DNA of 64,000 bases from Blastocatellia bacterium (GTDB lineage: Bacteria; Acidobacteriota; Blastocatellia; UBA7656): positions 1 to 64,000 of the forward strand of contig DATIFP010000021.1 in assembly GCA_035455165.1 (NCBI GenBank), given 5' to 3'. The position numbers and the translations under genes are program-made. Below, piece after piece: positions 51,585 through 61,153 of the stretch (position 1 is its first letter; the number at the start of each line of letters is the position of its first letter). A model generated the notes under the pieces. It made no database searches, was not told the DNA's origin, and worked only from the letters and a program-made list of their open reading frames with translations.

Positions 51585-52826
51585 TTGAGTTATTATCCCG
51601 CAACGAAGGAAATTGGATTGAAAGAGAGTGATCTAGAAGATCAACGGTTGCTGCGGTCGATCAAGCCGGCGAACTTGCTTTCGTTCGGTCCCGAAACTCC
51701 GGCGCTCAGCCTGCAAACCCTGAATATTTTCATAGGCCCCAACGGTTCGGGCAAGTCGAATCTAATCGAGGCGCTGGCGTTGATGCGCGCGACTCCGGTG
51801 GCACCACAGGCGACGTCAAATGGAGACGTTCGAGGAGTGATACGGCGCGGCGGCAGCGCGCAGGAATGGATCTGGCAGGGAGCCAAGAACCAGCCCGCCA
51901 CGGTTGAATTGGTGATCAATAACCCAAAGGGCAAGCAGCCGCTTCGGCACCTCTTTGGATTCCTGGCTGACGCGCAGGGCTTCCGTCTGTACGACGAAAG
52001 GGTCGAAGACGAAGCCCCTGTTGGCGATGCGGCTGAGCCGCATTTCTACTACCAATTCCAGCGAGGGCGCCTCGTCGTCAACACCCGGAGGGAAAAAAGA
52101 AAGCTGCATGGCGAGATGAACAGAGAGCTTTCGATTCTGGCCCAACTTCGGGAGCCGCAGCTCTATCCTGAGATTACTTATCTGGCGACGATCTACGAGA
52201 AGTGGCCGATCTACCGTGAGTGGACCTTCGGACGAAACACGATTTACCGAGAGCCGCAGAATGCAGATATGCGGAATGACAGACTTGAAGAGGACTTCTC
52301 AAATCTCGGGCTCTTCCTGAGCCGTTTGCGGAGAACACCGAAAGCGAAGACGGCCATCACGAAAGGGTTGCAGGATCTGTATGAAGGAGTGACAGATTTT
52401 GAACTGATAGTCCAGGGTGGAACCGTCCAGGTGTTCCTCAGTGAAGGTGACTTCTCGATCCCAGCCACACGACTGTCGGACGGCACTCTGCACTATCTTT
52501 GCTTGATGGCGATCCTCTATGACCCACAGCCGCCTCCGCTCATCTGCATTGAGGAGCCGGAACTGGGCTTGCACCCGGACATCCTGCCAAAGCTGGCCGA
52601 TCATCTAGTGCGCGCCTCTGCCCGCACACAGCTCATCGTTACAACACACTCTGACATTCTGGTTGATGCGATGACCGAACACCCGGAGGCTATCGTAGTG
52701 TGCGAGAAGCACGATGGCAAGACAGAGATGCGAAGGCTCAAGAAGGAAGAGCTAATGGTCTGGTTGGATAAGTATCGGCTCGGCGAGTTGTGGACCAGAG
52801 GTCATATAGGAGGGACCCGTTGGTGA
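51585..52826 (+). CDS. AAA_21/ABC-like ATPase (OLD/PARIS/Septu-type N-terminal ATPase family), candidate defence-module ATPase
   Basis: Walker A FIGPNGSGKSNLIEAL, ABC-signature-like RLSDGTL, Walker B LICIEEPELGLHP, H-loop TTHS; 413 aa; lower local GC than the flanks. Confidence 0.8.
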   Translation: MSYYPATKEIGLKESDLEDQRLLRSIKPANLLSFGPETPALSLQTLNIFIGPNGSGKSNLIEALALMRATPVAPQATSNGDVRGVIRRGGSAQEWIWQGAKNQPATVELVINNPKGKQPLRHLFGFLADAQGFRLYDERVEDEAPVGDAAEPHFYYQFQRGRLVVNTRREKRKLHGEMNRELSILAQLREPQLYPEITYLATIYEKWPIYREWTFGRNTIYREPQNADMRNDRLEEDFSNLGLFLSRLRRTPKAKTAITKGLQDLYEGVTDFELIVQGGTVQVFLSEGDFSIPATRLSDGTLHYLCLMAILYDPQPPPLICIEEPELGLHPDILPKLADHLVRASARTQLIVTTHSDILVDAMTEHPEAIVVCEKHDGKTEMRRLKKEELMVWLDKYRLGELWTRGHIGGTRW

Positions 52827-53434
52827 GCTCGACACTCTATCTGGAGGGAGGCGGGAGCGGTCCCGACTCAAAGGGATTGCAATCTCGTTGTCGTGAAGGA
52901 TTCCGAACGTTGCTGGAGAAATGCGAGCTAACTGGCCGGATGCCACGGCTGGTCGCCTGCGGCGGACGAACCAGCGCATTCGATGACTTCAAGACAGCGC
53001 TCAGGAACAAGGCTACGGGTGACTACGTCGCGATGCTGATCGACAGCGAAGCCCCGCTTGCAAACTTGGAAGCCGCTTGGGAGCACCTCAGACTCAGACC
53101 TGGCGACAATTGGGAGCGACCCCCAGCAGCTACGGATGATCAAGTGCTGTTCATGACCACATGTATGGAGACGTGGATTGTAGCAGACCGCGAAGTTTTG
53201 CGGAGACACTATGGCAGTAAGCTGCAAAGCTCGGCGTTGCCGCCTCTAACTAATCTCGAAGCGCGCGGGCGTCATGATGTTCAGGACAGGCTGGCGCACG
53301 CCACGCGTAACTGCCCGAACGCCTACACCAAAGGAAAGCGTTCGTTTGAGATTCTGGCCAAGCTAACACCCGCAGTCCTCGAGCAATTACCCAGTTTCGT
53401 GAGAGCCCGCCGTATTCTGAACGACAAACTCTGA
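52823..53434 (+). CDS. DUF4276-like small protein (predicted TOPRIM-like nuclease partner of the ATPase)
   Basis: GTG start overlapping the ATPase stop in GTGA (translational coupling); N-terminal LYLEGGG, then LIDSE and CMETWIVAD motifs fit the E...DxD/E...ExW pattern I recall for DUF4276; ~203 aa. Confidence 0.6.
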   Translation: MSSTLYLEGGGSGPDSKGLQSRCREGFRTLLEKCELTGRMPRLVACGGRTSAFDDFKTALRNKATGDYVAMLIDSEAPLANLEAAWEHLRLRPGDNWERPPAATDDQVLFMTTCMETWIVADREVLRRHYGSKLQSSALPPLTNLEARGRHDVQDRLAHATRNCPNAYTKGKRSFEILAKLTPAVLEQLPSFVRARRILNDKL

Positions 53435-53720
53435 GGTGTTGCCGCCGATGATCGAGGTGATAAAGGGAGGTGATCTACCCAGCACCCGCAGTCGACGCAT
53501 CGTAAACCCACCACGCCTCGCTGCGTGCACGTAGATTCATTCAACAATCCGCGATTGCTTCGAAGAAAAGTATCAGCACTGCCTCGCGCAACCTGTTGTG
53601 GCCCCGCTTGACTTAATCTCCTTCGAGTAGAACAATGTCACGGAAAGGACAGGTTCCCCACTGGTTAGCCCCACGGTCCTGATTTCCTTCAGGGCAGCAG
53701 TCTCTCTCAGGAGTTCCAAC

Positions 53721-55151
53721 ATGCCTTCAAAGAAACTTCTTGCGTTGATCGCTGTGCTATTGATTACATGCTTCGCGCTGACCACGGCCGCGCCCGCCGA
53801 GACTCAATCGCTCGAGACCCTGCTCGCCTACCTGAAGAGCCCTAACGCGAGCACCCGACGCGACGCCGCGCACAAACTTGGGGAACGCCGCATTCGGAAT
53901 CAGCTGGTCGTCGAAGCTCTCGCGGTGGCCGCCAGCAAGGACGAGGACCCCGGCGTTCGCGCCGAGGCGCTTCAGTCGCTCGGGATGATCAAGGATTTCT
54001 CGGCGCTTGCGGAGATGATCGCCGCGCTGAAGGATGAGAAGCCCGATGTTCGGGGCGTTGCTATAAAATCGCTGGTCGCGCTTTACACCGAGCACGACAT
54101 AGACTTCATCACAAACCGGCGGGCAGGCTGGAATCTGTTCAACCCGTTCCTCGACACAAGCGATCACGAAATCGTCGAGCCGTACGTGACGGTCGATCCC
54201 TCGATCATCACCGCAATCGGCGAATCGGCTCGCGGCGACCGCGAGCGGGATATTCGCGTCGCCGCGATTAGAGCGCTCGGCGTGCTGCGCGGCTCGGCCG
54301 CAATCCCGCACCTGGCCGACGCTCTCAATGCCGATCAGGACGTGCGTATCGAGGTGCTGCGCGCGTTCATCAAGATCGGAGATCAGGCAGCCGGTCCTCA
54401 CTTGATACCCTTCTTTCGCGACTCCGATCATCGGGTGCGGACACAGGCGATGGTCGCCGCGGGCATGCTCAAGTACAAACCCGCGGTCGAGCCGCTGCTT
54501 TCGGTCTACGGTCTCGGCCCTGAAAAGAAGGGCCGATTCAAGCTGGTCAGCGACAAGGTGAAAGGGCGCTTCACCTATCTGCCGCCGCGCGACGAAGCAT
54601 CTCTGTGGGCGCTGTCGCTGATCGGCGATGAGAAGGCCGAACAAACATTCGTCGAGAACATGACCGACGACGACGCAGACCGCCGGCAGTACGCTATCGA
54701 GGGGTTGGCTCGCATAGCAGAGCCGCGCTATCAAGATCAAATTTCACGCCTTGTGCTGACCGAGAAGCGCAACGACGTGAAGCTTGCGGAGTATTGGGCG
54801 CTCTATAAGATGGGTGGCCCTTCGAATATCCAGTACATTGTACGCAAGCTGGAGACTGATCAGGAGGACCAGGCGCGCGCTTATCTGATGGAATCCAATC
54901 CCGCGGATCTGTATCCGCACATTCACTCCAGCAGCAGGAGCATCCGGTACAAGGTCATCGAGATACTGGGGCGAATCGGCGACCAGGATACGATCAAAGA
55001 GCTGGAACCGGTGGTCCGAACGTCGGGCGCGGCGACTGCAGACGTCGCGACGGTCGCCATCAAGCGAATTGAGTGGCGAATGTCGGGCAGACCTCGCGCA
55101 AGTGACAACGTGATGCAGCGCGAGCGTCCCCGCCGCGCTTCGAACCCTTGA
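53721..55151 (+). CDS. Secreted HEAT/PBS-lyase-repeat protein
   Basis: Signal peptide; repeated ...RRDAAHKLGE... / ...VRAEALQSLG... / ...VRVAAIRALG... HEAT-like units. Confidence 0.7.
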   Translation: MPSKKLLALIAVLLITCFALTTAAPAETQSLETLLAYLKSPNASTRRDAAHKLGERRIRNQLVVEALAVAASKDEDPGVRAEALQSLGMIKDFSALAEMIAALKDEKPDVRGVAIKSLVALYTEHDIDFITNRRAGWNLFNPFLDTSDHEIVEPYVTVDPSIITAIGESARGDRERDIRVAAIRALGVLRGSAAIPHLADALNADQDVRIEVLRAFIKIGDQAAGPHLIPFFRDSDHRVRTQAMVAAGMLKYKPAVEPLLSVYGLGPEKKGRFKLVSDKVKGRFTYLPPRDEASLWALSLIGDEKAEQTFVENMTDDDADRRQYAIEGLARIAEPRYQDQISRLVLTEKRNDVKLAEYWALYKMGGPSNIQYIVRKLETDQEDQARAYLMESNPADLYPHIHSSSRSIRYKVIEILGRIGDQDTIKELEPVVRTSGAATADVATVAIKRIEWRMSGRPRASDNVMQRERPRRASNP

Positions 55152-55303
55152 GAAAAGGGCATGGAGTTCAGGTTTTAGCCTGTCCTGCTCGCCGGGCAAC
55201 TACCAGGCTGAAGCCTAAACTCCATGCATTTCTTTGCCTTCCATCTTCGCGTCCCTCTAGAATACCCTTCGTCGCTGACTTCACCACAGTTCGGAGAACA
55301 GGA

Positions 55304-56539
55304 ATGATAAAGAAGATCGCCGTGCTTGCCTGCGCGGCGCTGCTTGCGGGTTCAAGCGTAATGGCGGAAGACCCGACCGCTGAAGCCGCGCGCATCTCGG
55401 AACGCGCGGACGTGAAGCGCGCGTTTGATTACATAGAAGCGCATAAGGACCAGATACTTTCTGAGTGGGTTGCGCTAACCGAAGTCAATGCTCCGTCCGG
55501 AAAAGAACGCGAGCGCGCCGAAGCGGTGCGCAAGCTGCTCGCCTCCTGCAAGCTCGACAAGGTCTATTACGATGCGAAAGGCAATCTCATCGCCATTCGA
55601 AAGGGGCTGGGCAGCGCGAAACCGGTTGTGTTCGATGCGCATCTGGACACGGTCTTTCAAGAGGGACTGAAGATCAAAGCGCAGATTCGCGACGGCAAAA
55701 TCTACGCGCCTGGTGTTGGAGATGACACTCGCAATGTAGCGGCGATGATTGCTTCGATCCGCGCGCTTGACGACGCGGGCATCCGGACGAAGGCGGATCT
55801 GATCTTCGCGTTTACCGTGGAGGAGGAAACGTCGTTCGGCGGAGTTAAACACCTCATCGCAGAGAACAAGGATCGGATCGGCCAATACGTGGCGCTCGAT
55901 GGCGGCTACGAAGGTTTGAACTACGGTGGCATCGGGATCAATTGGTACAGGCACCACTTCATCGGCCCGGGTGGCCATACGACTTCGAAGTCGCCGCCCT
56001 ACTCGGCTACTATCCCGCTCGCGCGAGCGATCTCGCGCATTTACGCCCTAGAGTTGCCAAAGAATCCAATGGTGCATTTGAACATAGGAATGCTCGGCGG
56101 CGCCGACGTCGTCAATGCAAAAGCCGCGGATGCGTGGTTCACAGTCGATCTGCGGTCTACAGATCAAAAGCTGATCGACGACTTCGAGCAGAAGATTGCT
56201 CAGATACTCCGCGAAGAAGCCGAGCGCGTGGGAATGGAAGTGAAGACCGAATTGCCGGAAGAGAAGTTGCCGGCTGCGCAAATCCCCGGCAGCCGCGATT
56301 CGTTCACGGTTCGAATGGCGGAAGCAGTCCATCGCGCGATAGGGTTCGAGAATGTGACTGTTGGCAACACGGCCTCGAATAATGCAAACATAGCTTTGCT
56401 TGCCGGCTTGCCCGCTATCTCGACCGGCTGCGCGCCGTGCGGCGGCGATCACTCAGCGGGCGAGTGGTGTCAGATTGAACCCATCTATCGCGGGATCAAG
56501 AAGCTGATCCTGCTCGAAGTAGCGCTGACTGAGAAGTGA
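55304..56539 (+). CDS. M20-family metallopeptidase (dipeptidase/ArgE-DapE-like), secreted
   Basis: Signal peptide MIKKIAVLACAALLAGSSVMA; metal ligands HLDTV, GVGDD, EETS, dimerisation domain; the track ORF starts earlier at 55148. Confidence 0.85.
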   Translation: MIKKIAVLACAALLAGSSVMAEDPTAEAARISERADVKRAFDYIEAHKDQILSEWVALTEVNAPSGKERERAEAVRKLLASCKLDKVYYDAKGNLIAIRKGLGSAKPVVFDAHLDTVFQEGLKIKAQIRDGKIYAPGVGDDTRNVAAMIASIRALDDAGIRTKADLIFAFTVEEETSFGGVKHLIAENKDRIGQYVALDGGYEGLNYGGIGINWYRHHFIGPGGHTTSKSPPYSATIPLARAISRIYALELPKNPMVHLNIGMLGGADVVNAKAADAWFTVDLRSTDQKLIDDFEQKIAQILREEAERVGMEVKTELPEEKLPAAQIPGSRDSFTVRMAEAVHRAIGFENVTVGNTASNNANIALLAGLPAISTGCAPCGGDHSAGEWCQIEPIYRGIKKLILLEVALTEK

Positions 56540-56543
56540 GTGT

Positions 56544-56627
56544 CCGACAAACGTCAGTTTGTCGCTGGGCGCAGCGTCGGAGATGTCCGAGTTGCAATAA
56601 AGTTTCGACAAACTTAGGTTTGTCGAA
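56544..56627. repeat. Two related palindromes CGACAAAC-N4/N3-GTTTGTCG ~60 bp apart (terminator and/or operator pair)
   Basis: 56544-56564 CCGACAAACGTCAGTTTGTCG and 56604-56627 TTCGACAAACTTAGGTTTGTCGAA, just upstream of the RBS and ATG at 56643. Confidence 0.5.
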
Positions 56628-56642
56628 CAGGCCGGAGGAAAG

Positions 56643-57107
56643 ATGAAAAGCTCAGATCTCTTGTTCACCACAAGCTGGTTCATCCTGCTGGTGGTTTCAG
56701 GAGCGATCATTCTGTTATCGGCCCAGTCGCTCCGGATCGCGTACACAGGAAGCCAGGACGTGCTGACGCACGGGTACACGCTCGCTCAGATCGGAGAACA
56801 GGCCGGCGAGGATGCGGCGAAAGCGTTCAGGGGGCGCCGCGTCACCGCCGCCACCTGGGCGCTCGGATATGCGTTGCTTGCGGTCGCGGTGACGTGGATA
56901 CCTTATCGGCGCGGCGAACGTTGGGCGTGGTGGGCGCTGCTGTTATCGCTCGGGCTATCGCAGTTGTTATCGCTTGCGAGGGCGCTGGCGCTGGTGACAA
57001 CCGCAGGAACAGCAGCTCCTGCGATGCTGCTCGCGTTTGTGCTTCTGGGGTTGCTGGCGGGCGTGCCGCGGATGTTCACTCGTCGCAACGTGACCCTCGA
57101 AACGTGA
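56643..57107 (+). CDS. Hypothetical small membrane protein
   Basis: 154 aa; 4 predicted TM helices; GGAGG RBS. Confidence 0.5.
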   Translation: MKSSDLLFTTSWFILLVVSGAIILLSAQSLRIAYTGSQDVLTHGYTLAQIGEQAGEDAAKAFRGRRVTAATWALGYALLAVAVTWIPYRRGERWAWWALLLSLGLSQLLSLARALALVTTAGTAAPAMLLAFVLLGLLAGVPRMFTRRNVTLET

Positions 57108-57372
57108 AGCTGCGACCCCAGGGGGCGCCGCTCAACCGCTGAAGTTGTCACAACCACTTAACACGCTCTGCGGCGCGATTTCCGAACCTGCGCCGGTATC
57201 GCCTTGCAGCGACAGATGCCGATCAAGGTCGCGCCCATTGACACTGCTTCACAGCGCTCTATATCATTCGTCATCGGCCTTCAGGCTCGGAATAATCCTG
57301 ACCCGTCGGTCGAGGTTCAACTATTCAATTGACGGAGTCTTCATTCTTTAAGATCGCAGAACGGGGTCCCAA

Positions 57373-59268
57373 ATGTTAATCCGAAAAGCAGGGCTGTTCA
57401 TTCTCTCAGCCGCATTACTCGTAGCAATACCGGCGGTCACGTTTACTTCAGGAAGCGCTGCGCTGGCGCCCGCACCAGTTAGCGCGCGTGCCGAGAGCAA
57501 AGCGCAACTCTCGACCGAGCGCATCGCGAAACATGTTGGATTTCTCGCGTCGGACAAACTCCAGGGGCGTCGCGCTGGGACGCCATTCGCGGACGATGCG
57601 GCGGCTTACATCGCAAGGGAGTTTCGCAGCTACGGGCTCAAGGCTTCATCAGCGGCGGGTTTCCGCCAGCCGTTTACGTTCGTCGCTTCGGTCAAGCTCG
57701 GCGCTGGAAACTCGCTTTCGGTTAAGACCGCAAGCGGTACGCGAGGGCTGAAAGTCGGCGAGGAATTCATGCCGCTCGCATTTTCACCGTCAGAACCGGC
57801 AGCCGGCGAAGTCGTATTCGCAGGCTACGGCATCAGCGCGCCGGAATTGCAATTTGACAGCTACTCTGGCGTCGATCCGAAAGGCAAGATCGTTGTGTTG
57901 CTGCGTGGCAGTCCTGACGGGGACAATCCACACGGGAAGTTCGCTGACTTCACTCAACCAGGGCTCGAGATTCAAAACAAAACGCTCAAGGCGCGAGAGA
58001 AGGGCGCTAGGGGTGTAATCTTTGTCAGCTCCGAAAAGAAATTCTCAGATGATCGACTGTCGAAGCTGCGCCACGATTTGAACTTCTTGGACTCTGGAAT
58101 CCCGACCGCGGTAATCAGCCGCGAAGCCGCATCTGCGCTCCTGGCTTCCAGCATCGGGTCGCCGGCAGACGCCGAAGCAAGAGCGAAAGAGCCCAACTCG
58201 GCTCGCTCGATAGCGGGCACAACAGTAGAGATCAAGACGGACGTCGTGAAGGTCAACGGGAAGAGCGCGAACGTAGTCGGCGTGCTTCCGGGCAGCGATC
58301 CGCAGCTCGCATCCGAGTATGTAATCATCGGCGCGCATTACGATCATCTTGGGCTGGGGGGGCCGGAATCGCTCGCGGCAAATCCAGAAGGACAGATTCA
58401 TCACGGAGCCGACGACAACGCTTCAGGGACAACTGGTTTGCTCGAACTGGCGCGGGTGCTGGCAAGCGAGCGCGGCAAGATCAAACGAAGCATCATGTTC
58501 ATCGCGTTCAGCGGAGAAGAACTGGGATTGCTCGGATCCGGAGCGTACACCAAGAACCCGACGATTCCGCTGGCTTCAACGGTGGCGATGCTGAACATGG
58601 ATATGATCGGCAGGCTTCGCAACGGATCGCTGTTCGTGGGCGGAGTCGGCACTTCGCCGGTCTGGAAGCCGTTATTGGAGAAGCTGAACGGCCCGGCACC
58701 GCCAACCGCCTCCGCCGCTGGAAACGGCTCCGGGAACCGATTTCAGCTTAGCTTCGGAGAGGACGGGTTTGGGCCGAGCGACCATCAGTCCTTCTACGTG
58801 CGCGATCTCCCGGTGCTCTTCTTTTTCACCGGGACTCACGAGGATTACCACAAGCCTTCGGACACGGCGGACAAGATCAACGCCGAGGGATTGAAGCAAG
58901 TGGCCGAGCTTGTTCGTGAGATCGCCCTCGAAGTGGCAAACGAGCCGCAGCGGATAGCGTTCACCAAGGTCAAGGTCGAACAGCGACCAACCGGGCGCGG
59001 ATTTCGAGTCTACCTGGGGACGGTGCCGAACTACTCGGATCAGAGCGACGGGATGAAGCTCGACGGGGTGCGGCCCGGATCGCCCGCGGAGAAAGCCGGG
59101 CTGCGCGCCGGCGACATCATCACCAGATTGGCCAAGACCCCGGTCAAGAATGTGTACGACTATACGTATGCGCTCGGAGAAATGCGTCCGGGCGAAGAGG
59201 TCGAGGTGATGATTAAGCGGGACGGCAAAGAGATGACGGTGAAGATCACACCCGACAAGCGACAGTAG
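57373..59268 (+). CDS. M28-family aminopeptidase with PA domain and C-terminal PDZ domain, secreted
   Basis: Signal peptide; M28 metal ligands HYDHLG, DDNASG, EE, MDMIG; C-terminal PDZ GLRAGDIITRL. Confidence 0.85.
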   Translation: MLIRKAGLFILSAALLVAIPAVTFTSGSAALAPAPVSARAESKAQLSTERIAKHVGFLASDKLQGRRAGTPFADDAAAYIAREFRSYGLKASSAAGFRQPFTFVASVKLGAGNSLSVKTASGTRGLKVGEEFMPLAFSPSEPAAGEVVFAGYGISAPELQFDSYSGVDPKGKIVVLLRGSPDGDNPHGKFADFTQPGLEIQNKTLKAREKGARGVIFVSSEKKFSDDRLSKLRHDLNFLDSGIPTAVISREAASALLASSIGSPADAEARAKEPNSARSIAGTTVEIKTDVVKVNGKSANVVGVLPGSDPQLASEYVIIGAHYDHLGLGGPESLAANPEGQIHHGADDNASGTTGLLELARVLASERGKIKRSIMFIAFSGEELGLLGSGAYTKNPTIPLASTVAMLNMDMIGRLRNGSLFVGGVGTSPVWKPLLEKLNGPAPPTASAAGNGSGNRFQLSFGEDGFGPSDHQSFYVRDLPVLFFFTGTHEDYHKPSDTADKINAEGLKQVAELVREIALEVANEPQRIAFTKVKVEQRPTGRGFRVYLGTVPNYSDQSDGMKLDGVRPGSPAEKAGLRAGDIITRLAKTPVKNVYDYTYALGEMRPGEEVEVMIKRDGKEMTVKITPDKRQ

Positions 59269-59343
59269 AGGTTGGGGGGTTCCGAGTTCAGAGTTCCGGG
59301 TTACGACGCGAACTCTAGACCCGGAACCCGGAACCGGAGACAC

Positions 59344-60111
59344 ATGCTCTTAGACGGAAAGACCGGCGTAGTCTTTGGCGTAGCGAACAAGCGGAGTCTC
59401 GCGTGGGCCATCGCCCGCCACGCGGATGAAGAGGGCGCGCGCATTGCGCTGACGTACCAGGGCGAAAGGCTGGAAGAGAACGCTCGAGAGCTTGCCGGGT
59501 CGCTGAAGAATGCGCTGGTGCTGCCTTGCGACGTGTCTCGCGATGAAGACATCGCCTCGGTCTTTGCTACGGTGAAGAAGGAATTCGGCGCGCTTGATTT
59601 TGTGGTTCACGGAATCGCGTACGCGCTTCGTGAAGAACTGGAAGGCGAGTACTTGAACACCTCGCGAGAGGGCTATCGCGTCGCGCAGGATGTGAGCGTC
59701 TACTCATTGACGGCGATCGCTCGACAAGCAGCGCCCCTGTTGGAGGAGCGCGGCGGAAGCTTGTTGACGCTGACTTATCTCGGCGGCGAACGAGTTGTCC
59801 CCGGATACAACGTCATGGGTGTAGCCAAAGCGGCGCTCGATATGAGCGTGCGCTACCTTGCCTCGAGCCTCGGCCCGCGTGGCATTCGAGTGAATGCAAT
59901 CTCAGCGGGTCCGGTGAAGACTCTGGCCGCCGCGGGGATAGGCGGTTTCTCAAAGATCCTCGAGCACATGCGAAACCATGCCCCTCTGCGCCGCAACATA
60001 GATCAGTCGGAAGTCGCCGACGCCGCTCTATTCTTGCTTTCAAGCATGTCTCGCGGGGTTACGGGGGAAGTGCTGCACGTGGACTGCGGCTATAACATTA
60101 TGGGCATGTAG
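59344..60111 (+). CDS. fabI: Enoyl-[acyl-carrier-protein] reductase (NADH) FabI
   Basis: GVANKRSLAWAIA dinucleotide-binding region; catalytic Y...Y...K; ends ...VDCGYNIMG. Confidence 0.9.
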   Translation: MLLDGKTGVVFGVANKRSLAWAIARHADEEGARIALTYQGERLEENARELAGSLKNALVLPCDVSRDEDIASVFATVKKEFGALDFVVHGIAYALREELEGEYLNTSREGYRVAQDVSVYSLTAIARQAAPLLEERGGSLLTLTYLGGERVVPGYNVMGVAKAALDMSVRYLASSLGPRGIRVNAISAGPVKTLAAAGIGGFSKILEHMRNHAPLRRNIDQSEVADAALFLLSSMSRGVTGEVLHVDCGYNIMGM

Positions 60112-60144
60112 TCTCGGCGAATACCCCCTCTACCTGTGTTCCTA

Positions 60145-60780
60145 TTATCTCTTTCTTTCCTCGGGCTTCCAGATGTACTTGTGAAGCTGTAGCTGAAAAC
60201 GCGCGCGGACCCGGTCCTCGAGCATCCACGCGACGATCGTTGCAGGCTCGAGCATCCCGAATGCTGTCGACATCAGGATCTTCACCCGATCATCTAAACG
60301 GTGTTCGCGAATCGTGTTCAGTGCCCATTCGTAGTCATTTCGATCGGCGATGACGAATTTCACTTCGTCAAAAGGACGCAGGTGTTGGAGATTTGACCAG
60401 AGGTTCTTCTCACACTCTCCCGAAGCGGGACACTTCAAATCCATGATTCGAATGACTCGCGAATCGAGATTAGAGATGTCGCGATGCCCGCCCGTTTCAA
60501 TCAGCACGGTGTGTCCTGAATCTGCAAGCCGCGTCGAAAGCTCGTAGATCTCGGGTTGCAGCATGGGCTCACCGCCAGTCAACTCTACCAGCTCGCAATT
60601 GTACTTCTCGACTTCCGACATGATCTGATCGAGCGTCATCGATGTGCCGCCGGTGAAGGTGAAGTCGGAGTCGCACCAGCTGCATCTCAGGTCGCACCCG
60701 GTTGTCCGAACGAACACACACGGCAAGCCGGCGAAACTCGACTCGCCCTGAATGCTTTGATAGATCTCCGTGATTCGCAT
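60145..60780 (-). CDS. queE: 7-carboxy-7-deazaguanine synthase QueE
   Basis: Radical-SAM CDLRCSWC; 211 aa; QueE-like N-terminus MRITEIYQSIQGES. Confidence 0.9.
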   Translation of the reverse strand: MRITEIYQSIQGESSFAGLPCVFVRTTGCDLRCSWCDSDFTFTGGTSMTLDQIMSEVEKYNCELVELTGGEPMLQPEIYELSTRLADSGHTVLIETGGHRDISNLDSRVIRIMDLKCPASGECEKNLWSNLQHLRPFDEVKFVIADRNDYEWALNTIREHRLDDRVKILMSTAFGMLEPATIVAWMLEDRVRARFQLQLHKYIWKPEERKR

Positions 60781-61153
60781 ACAAGCCGCCGAGTCATTCT
60801 AGACCGCTTAAGGGACACGCGCGAGGCCGCAAAAATTTGCGAGGAAGCCAGTGTCAGTTCCTCGCTTGAGTAACATTGACCGTGACCGATTCGTTCACTG
60901 TGACCGGACTTGTCCCTCCCTTGCTTACTGTATTGAGCTGTTTCCAGCCCCGGACCATTGGAAGCGTCGAGCATAGAAGGGGACCGGCCGAATAATCCTT
61001 TGCTTTTCAAGGACTAAGCTCGGCAATCGGCGGCAGATTGGTTGCACGAGGCAGCTGGAAAGTTGGCCGCCGGGTCTGTCGGTTTTCGGCACGAACGTTG
61101 AATTTGGAAACACGATTCTTGTCGATTGAACCTTACGCTGGGGAGACATAGCC

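Noticed and set aside
59300-59340. Nested inverted repeats (GTTCCGGGTT…AACCCGGAAC; AGAGTTC…GAACTCT) between the M28 peptidase gene and fabI
   Set aside because: Likely a simple terminator/attenuator hairpin; there is no T-run and nothing distinctive.
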